From: a virus
Taxonomy: Duplodnaviria > Caudoviricetes
Length of the DNA stretch: 24,757 nt
Reading direction: 5' to 3' (one strand)
Virus record (IMG/VR): IMGVR_UViG_3300014169_000023
Location: 1 to 24,757 of that record
Shown here: piece by piece, positions 1-5,760 of the stretch
How positions within the stretch are numbered: the stretch's first letter is position 1
Layout: every line of letters starts with the position of its first letter
Notes under the pieces: generated by a model
The model's database searches: none
Told to the model about the DNA's origin: nothing
Seen by the model: only the letters and a program-made list of their open reading frames with translations
Translations under genes and position numbers: made by a program

Positions 1-1
1 G

Positions 2-85
2 GCGGCGCAGGCGGCGTGGGCGGCGGAGGCGCCAGTGTGGAAAACGATGGGAGATAAATTGCTTGAACTTATCGAGGCGGCATAA
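2..85 (+). CDS. 3' end of an Ala-rich phage protein (partial)
   Basis: Frame 2 is open from the window edge and reads AAQAAWAAEAPVWKTMGDKLLELIEAA*, with TAA at 83-85. It resembles the C-termini of Ala/Trp-repeat phage early proteins. Confidence 0.6.
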   Translation, partial: AAQAAWAAEAPVWKTMGDKLLELIEAA

Positions 86-98
86 CTGGCGACGGTTA

Positions 99-138
99 AT
101 CGCAGCCCATCCCGCTCACGGGCGGGATGAACGGCGAT
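99..138 (+). other. Intergenic stem-loop with GCTCACGGGC cap
   Basis: CATCCCGC (108-115) / TCACGG loop / GCGGGATG (122-129) is a perfect 8-bp stem. An outer stem pairs ATCGC (99-103) with GCGAT (134-138). No U-tract follows. Confidence 0.6.
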
Positions 139-161
139 CTTGCCGGGGAATGGGGAAAGTC

Positions 162-266
162 ATGATCGATATCGTAATCGCAACGCTGTGTTTCGCGCTG
201 CTTATGGCGAGCGCAGTTGCCGCCGGGGCTTACGTGCTCCTGACGCAATCGCACCTGCCGATGTAG
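162..266 (+). CDS. Small single-TM membrane peptide (34 aa)
   Basis: ATG at 162 follows a GGGGA SD-like sequence. MIDIVIATLCFALLMASAVAAGAYVLL is one hydrophobic helix. Confidence 0.45.
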   Translation: MIDIVIATLCFALLMASAVAAGAYVLLTQSHLPM

Positions 267-374
267 GGGACGGCAGGCGAGAGCTGAACGCGCAAACGCC
301 GGATGGTTACGAGACCTGGCGCGACACCGTAGAGCCGATCCTTCCGCTTCCAACGCCTGAACCGAGCAGCCGCC

Positions 375-1787
375 ATGAATGCGATAGCCTCACATCAACC
401 GCGCATATTCTCCGCACAGCAAGTGGAGGCGTTGAAAGCACCTCTGTTCCGCGGGAACGTTAGCTCGCGGGTTCAATCAGGGCGCCAGCTTTCGTATATC
501 GAAGGGTGGTGGGCAATCCACGAAGCAAACAACATTTTCGGCTTTGATGCGTGGTCGCGGGAAACGATTGAGACGAAATGCGTTGCGGAGCATAAACGCA
601 GCATTGGGAAGCCACCGAACCAAAAGGAAGGGTGGGGGGTTTCCTACATCGCCAAAGTGCGGGTCACGGTCGGAACCATCACCCGCGACGGGACGGGTGC
701 CGGGCATGGCATAGATCAGGACCTCGGTCTTGCCCACGAGTCGGCAATCAAAGAGGCCGAAACGGACGCGATGAAACGCGCCTTGATGACGTTCGGGAAT
801 CCGTTCGGCCTAGCGCTTTACGACAAGACGCAAGCCGAAGTCGAAAGCGCGCCCAAAACCGCCCGCGCGCGGATTGCTGAGATTGCCGCGTCGGACGATC
901 CGCAGGCCGGCGCGGAAGCCATGGCCGAGGAATGGACCGACAAGCAGGCGCAGAACCTTCGCAACGGCCTCAGCGCTCCCACAGAGCACACGCGGCCCGC
1001 TCCGCACACACTCCCGCCGATCGTCAACGAAACGCCCCGGCAATGGGCACAGCGCTGGGCGAAGGCGATCCAACTGTGCGAGACGGTGCGCGAGCTGGAA
1101 GACTGGATGCGGCTCAACCAGGAAATCCGCACCAAGCTGGTGACCAAGGGTACGGAGTTTGTCCGCTCTATCATAGAGGCCGGCGAGACCGGCGTGCGGC
1201 GCCGCATTGCCGAGGCTAACACGGTGCCCGAGCACGACGCCGATGGCGTTGTGCAAGAAAACCCTACGATGATGGCGATGCGGAACCTCCCGGCATCCCG
1301 TGCGCCATCTGCGGAGCCGCAGTTTACAGCTCAATGTTCGACATCTGCTTTGGCTGCGAGCGCGCCCTGCTCGACTAAAGGCGCAGCGCTGAGCACGGAA
1401 TCGCCTCCGGAAGTAACGCACCCGGCGGCTGCGGCCCCTGCATTGTCCCCCAACCCCGGTGCGGGGGCCGCTACCACAAACCCTACGTCGGGCGCTGCCG
1501 GGAGTGCGGCGCCAAAATCCGGGAACTCTTGTATGGGCGCCCCCTCTGTTTCAAGTGCTGCCACGGATGCGATGACCCGGAATCCGGTCAACCTGGTCAA
1601 AGTTGACTGGGAGGTATGGCTCGCCGAGTTCGAGGACAAATGCGTCGGCTGCGATACCATAGAGGAACTTATGGCCGTGTGCGATCAACAGCCTGTCGGC
1701 ATCCCTCCTGGCATCCAAGAGCGTAATTCTCTAACCGTAAACCGACACTGGAAGCGGGTTACGGCCCCCGCGACATGGGGGCCGTGA
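375..1787 (+). CDS. Rad52/Rad22-family (Sak-like) single-strand annealing recombinase with long C-terminal extension
   Basis: Motifs LSYIEGWWAIHEANNIFGFDAWS, YIAKVRVTV, RDGTGAGHG and HESAIKEAETDAMKRALMTFGNPFGLALYD are characteristic of the Rad52 fold. They are followed by a helical region and an Ala/Pro/Ser linker. Confidence 0.92.
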   Translation: MNAIASHQPRIFSAQQVEALKAPLFRGNVSSRVQSGRQLSYIEGWWAIHEANNIFGFDAWSRETIETKCVAEHKRSIGKPPNQKEGWGVSYIAKVRVTVGTITRDGTGAGHGIDQDLGLAHESAIKEAETDAMKRALMTFGNPFGLALYDKTQAEVESAPKTARARIAEIAASDDPQAGAEAMAEEWTDKQAQNLRNGLSAPTEHTRPAPHTLPPIVNETPRQWAQRWAKAIQLCETVRELEDWMRLNQEIRTKLVTKGTEFVRSIIEAGETGVRRRIAEANTVPEHDADGVVQENPTMMAMRNLPASRAPSAEPQFTAQCSTSALAASAPCSTKGAALSTESPPEVTHPAAAAPALSPNPGAGAATTNPTSGAAGSAAPKSGNSCMGAPSVSSAATDAMTRNPVNLVKVDWEVWLAEFEDKCVGCDTIEELMAVCDQQPVGIPPGIQERNSLTVNRHWKRVTAPATWGP

Positions 1788-2251
1788 TGAGCGCATCATA
1801 TCCGTTCCGCCGCCGCGGCGGCACGCTGGTTCCTGCCTCCGCGGAGGCAGAGGAGGCCTTGCGCGCGATGAAGGATGGCCGCGATTGCATGGTCACGCTT
1901 AAGGTCGCACGCAACGTCAGACACCATAAACTGCTATTCGCAGCGCTGAGGTTCGTTCAAGAAAACACGGATTTATTTGAAGGTCGAACAACCGACGTGA
2001 TACTGACCGCGCTAAAAATAGCGACTGGGCACGTTGATGTATTTACAGACACGTCAACCGGGGCTACGATAATGGTTCCAAAATCTATCGCCTTCGAAAG
2101 CCTCGACCAAACAGCGTTTTCGCGTTTCTTCGACGCGGCTGTCAATATCATCACGTCGAGATGGATGCCTCCCGGTACAGTTACCGAAGACGTAAGGCGG
2201 CATATCGAAGATATGGTCGATGGCGGCTATAGCGAGATGAGGCGAGCATGA
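1787..2251 (+). CDS. DUF1367-like phage protein (recombination-module accessory)
   Basis: TGATG coupling to the Sak gene. The motifs RNVRHHKLLFA, LKIATGHVD and PKSIAFESLDQTAFSRFFD match my recollection of DUF1367. Confidence 0.75.
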   Translation: MSASYPFRRRGGTLVPASAEAEEALRAMKDGRDCMVTLKVARNVRHHKLLFAALRFVQENTDLFEGRTTDVILTALKIATGHVDVFTDTSTGATIMVPKSIAFESLDQTAFSRFFDAAVNIITSRWMPPGTVTEDVRRHIEDMVDGGYSEMRRA

Positions 2252-2700
2252 GCCTGCGCCCCGCACCTGTCGGCTCGTTGCTGAAACAGCCAAGTTCATC
2301 AAGTAAGGGCGCTGGATCATCAAGTAAGCCCCCGAAGGGCAAGCGCCAGGCGCCCGCGTTCAACGCGGGCAAACACCTTGCGGCAATTAGATGCCTCCCT
2401 TGTTGCTCATGCGATACGGACCCGGCCGGCATCGCGGCTCACGTTCGGATGGCGGACGCCGCAGCGGGCAAAGCTGACAGCGGCATGGGCCGAAAGCCGG
2501 ACGATCGGTGGACCGTGCCAATGTGCCGATCGTGTCACACGGACGCGCCGGACTCCCAGCACGCCTTGGGCGAAGTGCAATTCTGGGCGCATCTTGGAAT
2601 TGATCCGCTGTGGCTGTGCGCTCAGCTCGCTTCGGCGTCGCCGGATGTAGGCCGGATGAGGGATATTATTTTCAAAACTCGCGAGGTGAGAAAATCATGA
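2248..2700 (+). CDS. DUF968-like Zn-binding / HNH-like putative nuclease
   Basis: ATGA overlap with the upstream gene. Pattern HLAAIRCLPCCSC...AAHVR...GMGRKPDDRWTVPMCRSCH...QH...FW...GIDP. Confidence 0.75.
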   Translation: MSLRPAPVGSLLKQPSSSSKGAGSSSKPPKGKRQAPAFNAGKHLAAIRCLPCCSCDTDPAGIAAHVRMADAAAGKADSGMGRKPDDRWTVPMCRSCHTDAPDSQHALGEVQFWAHLGIDPLWLCAQLASASPDVGRMRDIIFKTREVRKS

Positions 2701-2966
2701 GCGAGCCGACTCCGGGAACGTGGAAAGCATACGCCAGAGACGATGGCTCGTGGCAGTTGGAGGACCTTGGGAAGGGCCTTATGAAGGAGCCTCTGCCGAG
2801 GCTGCTTTGCAGAAGTCCGCCCCCCAAGAGGACACGGTGGGGACAAATGCGGCCGATCCGCGAAATGGTGCGACCCCCCGCAAGCTGCGCGCGGCAGACC
2901 GTGTATGCGAGCGAGGAGGCACGCAAGGCCGATTTGCTCCCGATCGGGAAAGGACTGGTGGGGTGA
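2697..2966 (+). CDS. Hypothetical phage protein (89 aa)
   Basis: ATGA overlap at 2697 with GAGGTG upstream. Its stop overlaps the next ATG (TGATG), so it fills the operon exactly. Confidence 0.6.
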   Translation: MSEPTPGTWKAYARDDGSWQLEDLGKGLMKEPLPRLLCRSPPPKRTRWGQMRPIREMVRPPASCARQTVYASEEARKADLLPIGKGLVG

Positions 2967-3622
2967 TGCGAAAACCAATTCTTTGCGTGGATTTTGATGG
3001 CGTGATCCACAGCTACACGAGCGGGTGGAAGGGCGCCGACGTGGTGCCTGACCCGCCTGTCGGCGGCGCGATTGAGTTTCTGTGGCGTGCCGCAAAAGTG
3101 TTCGATGTGCAGATTTTTTCCTCCCGGAGCAATGAGCCGGGAGGCATTGATGCCATGCGGACTTGGCTGGATGCTGAAATCTGTCAGCACTTTGACTGCG
3201 CTTTTGGTGGCGACCCTCGCGACTTTGAGGCCGCTCGCGAATTAAGCGCCGCCATTTCCTATCCGACCGTAAAGCCGCCCGCGATGGTCACAATTGACGA
3301 CCGCGCGATCACATTCACCGGGCAGTGGCCCACAATCGAAAGCCTGCGGAATTTTCAGCCATGGAACAAGCAATCACGGTCAAATTCCTCGACAGCGGAC
3401 GCGAGCCGAAATGCCCGCCCGACCCTGCGTTTCCTCATATGGGTTGAAGCGCGTATCCCGGTCGAAATCAAGCCGGGAGAACACGGGCAAAGCTACGCGA
3501 CCAGCCCTCTCATAAAAGGGCTGTTGGTGCCCCTTGTGCCTGGCGCCTCGACAGTCGCCAGCGATATTGCGGAGGCGATTGAGGATTTAGGCCTTGCGGC
3601 AACGGAGGCGGCAGATGCCTGA
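2966..3622 (+). CDS. HAD-superfamily phosphatase (5'(3')-nucleotidase-like) with C-terminal HicB-like segment
   Basis: Start reassigned to ATG 2966 (TGATG coupling). HAD motif I is ILCVDFDGVIHSY, motif II IFSSR, and motifs III/IV KPPAMVTIDDRA. Confidence 0.8.
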   Translation: MRKPILCVDFDGVIHSYTSGWKGADVVPDPPVGGAIEFLWRAAKVFDVQIFSSRSNEPGGIDAMRTWLDAEICQHFDCAFGGDPRDFEAARELSAAISYPTVKPPAMVTIDDRAITFTGQWPTIESLRNFQPWNKQSRSNSSTADASRNARPTLRFLIWVEARIPVEIKPGEHGQSYATSPLIKGLLVPLVPGASTVASDIAEAIEDLGLAATEAADA

Positions 3623-3785
3623 ACGTGACCTGACTGACGAATGGCCTAGCGACTGGTACGACCTTTGGCCGTGGGAACGAGAGATTGAGGAAAATGATGC
3701 CCGCGCGGCGCCGGCGCTTACCGGCGCCCCTCCGGTAGCAGCCGCTGTTCGAACGAACGATCGATCCGGTCCCCCAGACTCTTGA
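3615..3785 (+). CDS. Small Trp/acidic hypothetical protein, last gene of the + arm
   Basis: GGAGG (3604-3608) precedes ATG 3615. The ORF overlaps the 3' end of the convergent - strand gene. Confidence 0.45.
   Translation: MPERDLTDEWPSDWYDLWPWEREIEENDARAAPALTGAPPVAAAVRTNDRSGPPDS
3707..3728. terminator. GC-rich hairpin at the convergence of the two arms (possible pause/terminator)
   Basis: GGCGCCGG-cgctta-CCGGCGCC is a perfect 8-bp stem spanning the stop codon of the last late gene. No adjacent U-tract. Confidence 0.25.
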
Positions 3786-4104
3786 AATCGCCCCGCATTT
3801 CGACGCGGAACACCTCGAACAGCGCCGTCATCCGCCGATCGATTTCAAGCAGTAGCTCTTTCGTCTCGAGGCGGTGCTGCATGAGGGCGGCCTCTGTTGC
3901 CTCTAGCTTGCGACGGATATCAACGCTGTCGGCCTCTACCCTTTCCTTCAATTCTTCGTGGGCGTTTTCCAGCACATCGAGCCGATGCAGACGCTCGCCA
4001 ATCCCCGTAAACATCCTTGCGACCGTGCCGACAAGGCCGCCGCCGAGCGCCAGAGACAGCCCGGCGATAATCAGCGATGCCCAGCCCAGATAGTTATCGG
4101 CCAT
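3718..4104 (-). CDS. Membrane-anchored coiled-coil protein of the lysis region (128 aa)
   Basis: Start reassigned to ATG 4104 (TGATG overlap, AAGGGA upstream). N-terminal TM segment (LGWASLIIAGLSLALGGGLVGTV) followed by a heptad-like charged helix. Confidence 0.7.
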   Translation of the reverse strand: MADNYLGWASLIIAGLSLALGGGLVGTVARMFTGIGERLHRLDVLENAHEELKERVEADSVDIRRKLEATEAALMQHRLETKELLLEIDRRMTALFEVFRVEMRGDFKSLGDRIDRSFEQRLLPEGRR

Positions 4105-4331
4105 CACGGTCCCTTCACCGGAGGATGATCGGAGGGCTTCCAGTCGTGCATGATCGACCCGAGCGCGGCGATGACCGCGTGAGACACCCACGTGTGCCAG
4201 TCCAATGCAGCCTGGGGGCTGAAGTTCCCGGAGGTCAAATACTGCACGAAGTCTATGAGCAGCGGCGTGAACCCGACAGAAGTAGAAATCGGACTGCGCC
4301 AGAAGTTTGCTATGCTCGAGCCGATGTTCAT
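4104..4331 (-). CDS. Small membrane protein, putative holin
   Basis: Two hydrophobic segments and a charged tail, directly downstream of the lysin-like gene. ATG 4331 is preferred; GTG 4427 (overlapping the lysin stop) is an alternative start. Confidence 0.5.
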   Translation of the reverse strand: MNIGSSIANFWRSPISTSVGFTPLLIDFVQYLTSGNFSPQAALDWHTWVSHAVIAALGSIMHDWKPSDHPPVKGP

Positions 4332-4423
4332 GGTTGTTTCCCGTTTGTACGTTTTGCTAAGATCATCTTCGATCGACCGCCACCGATCAGGCTCATCCCG
4401 ATATGTGGTCCACGGCTCCCACG

Positions 4424-5137
4424 TCACTTCCCGAGGGCAGCTTCCAGAGCCGTAATCGCCGTCTTTAGGTCCGCGAGCGCCGTAGGGATGCTGCCGGCCA
4501 CGGTGGTCAAGGTCGGCACCGTTGCCCCCGGCGTAACCAAGTTGGCAATCTGCGCCTTCAGCGCGGCGTTAGCCTGCGGGATTTGCGCGATAAGCGGCTT
4601 CGCCGACGCCGGCACGAAGGGCAGCCATGCGACGATCGGTGCCATGAAGCTGTTTGCGTCCAGAAAAGCGTTGACAGCCGTCAACCACGTCGGCGGGGAT
4701 GCGTTTGTCGCGGGGGGTGATGCGGGCGGAACAACGGGGGTATCGGCCACGGGAGCAGGTTCCTTTGTCGGCACAAGGGGGGCGCCGGCGAGCGCCAGCG
4801 CGTGATTGAGCGATGTGTCGAAGGCGTTGGCCGTCGATCCCGACAGCTCGGCGTAAATCGCCTTAATCAAAGCTACCGGATCGACCTGCTTAATCGCAGC
4901 GAGGGTCGCCGGCCCCATTACGCCGTCTTCCGGCACCTTAACGAGGCCTTGTAGAAACTTTACGGCGTCGTGCCCACCGTTCGGGGAGCACGCCGAGAAC
5001 TCCAGCATCGAGAACGCAAGGCCGGGGTTAATTGCTTGAAGCCCGTCGAAGTCTATGACCGCCTCAAACCCGGACCAATTCGGTTCGTAGCCGATCACCT
5101 TGTCGAGAAAATCGCGGGCGTCTTGTTCAGCGGCCAC
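4424..5137 (-). CDS. Degenerate GH108-type lysozyme / peptidoglycan-binding protein with Pro-rich linker and C-terminal helical domain
   Basis: LAFSMLEFS...AVKFLQGLVKVPEDGVMGPATLAAIKQVDPVALIKAI resembles the C-terminal half of GH108 plus the PG-binding DGxxGxxT motif. GGAG lies 8 nt before GTG 5137 (the ORF track starts at 5146). Confidence 0.65.
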   Translation of the reverse strand: MAAEQDARDFLDKVIGYEPNWSGFEAVIDFDGLQAINPGLAFSMLEFSACSPNGGHDAVKFLQGLVKVPEDGVMGPATLAAIKQVDPVALIKAIYAELSGSTANAFDTSLNHALALAGAPLVPTKEPAPVADTPVVPPASPPATNASPPTWLTAVNAFLDANSFMAPIVAWLPFVPASAKPLIAQIPQANAALKAQIANLVTPGATVPTLTTVAGSIPTALADLKTAITALEAALGK

Positions 5138-5204
5138 CGATACCACTCCGGATATTTTATCCGACCTTCGGAATCAATCGTGACCTGCACCCCCCGATAA
5201 GGAA

Positions 5205-5402
5205 CTACTGGTCTTTCGGCTTCTCCGCCTGTCTCTTGACGATCTCGTTTATCCATTCGATCAGCCTAACAGAGTACGCGGGGGGAATGGAGGTCTGTAT
5301 GATCTGGTCGAGCTTCCGAAGGTCGGCCTGATCGAGCGTGATGGTTTGTTGAGCGAAGGCCGGGCTGGCGATTAAAGACGTGAGGAGGGCTAGGCGAATC
5401 AT
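5205..5402 (-). CDS. Small helical fibre-associated protein with signal peptide
   Basis: TAATG coupling to the upstream gene. MIRLALLTSLIASPAFA|QQ has a basic n-region, hydrophobic h-region and A-x-A site. Confidence 0.75.
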   Translation of the reverse strand: MIRLALLTSLIASPAFAQQTITLDQADLRKLDQIIQTSIPPAYSVRLIEWINEIVKRQAEKPKDQ

Positions 5403-5752
5403 TATTGTAACGTCACAGACGTAGTTGCGCCAGTCACCGCAACACCCTGATAGTAGCTATCAACGTCGGCTATGAGATGCTGTTCGATAACGGTCTTGAG
5501 GTAGGCCAGAACCTGCACGCTCGAGCACACGCCGTTGATGCTGGTGTTGCACGCAGCCTGAAACGTCGCAATCAACTGCGTGTGCCACGTCCCGGTACTG
5601 TCGGTTATCGTCGCCGAGCAGGTGAAGTTGCCCGCCGTGACGTTGCCCACAGTACAGGTCCCGCCGGTACCACCGCCGATCGAGAGAGTGATAGTGTCAG
5701 CGGCCATCGCCGGAGAGGCGAAGAGGGCGAATAGAAGGGCTAAGCGTTTCAT
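5402..5752 (-). CDS. Secreted-type protein with signal peptide and two Cys pairs (116 aa)
   Basis: Start reassigned to ATG 5752 (GAGG SD). N-terminus MKRLALLFALFASPAMA|AD. Confidence 0.75.
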   Translation of the reverse strand: MKRLALLFALFASPAMAADTITLSIGGGTGGTCTVGNVTAGNFTCSATITDSTGTWHTQLIATFQAACNTSINGVCSSVQVLAYLKTVIEQHLIADVDSYYQGVAVTGATTSVTLQ

Positions 5753-5760
5753 GTCAAACC

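Noticed and set aside
140-463. 107-aa + ORF bridging the TM peptide and Sak
   Set aside because: TTG start without a clear SD, overlaps both neighbours, no motif. The 267-374 gap may code but cannot be supported.
2720-2965. 82-aa N-terminal extension of the HAD ORF in the ORF track
   Set aside because: It overlaps the coupled gene 2697-2966, and HAD motif I directly follows ATG 2966.
3718-4427. Canonical two-component spanin (Rz/Rz1)
   Set aside because: No lipoprotein signal with a lipobox Cys was found in any frame here. The TM-coiled-coil protein alone is insufficient.
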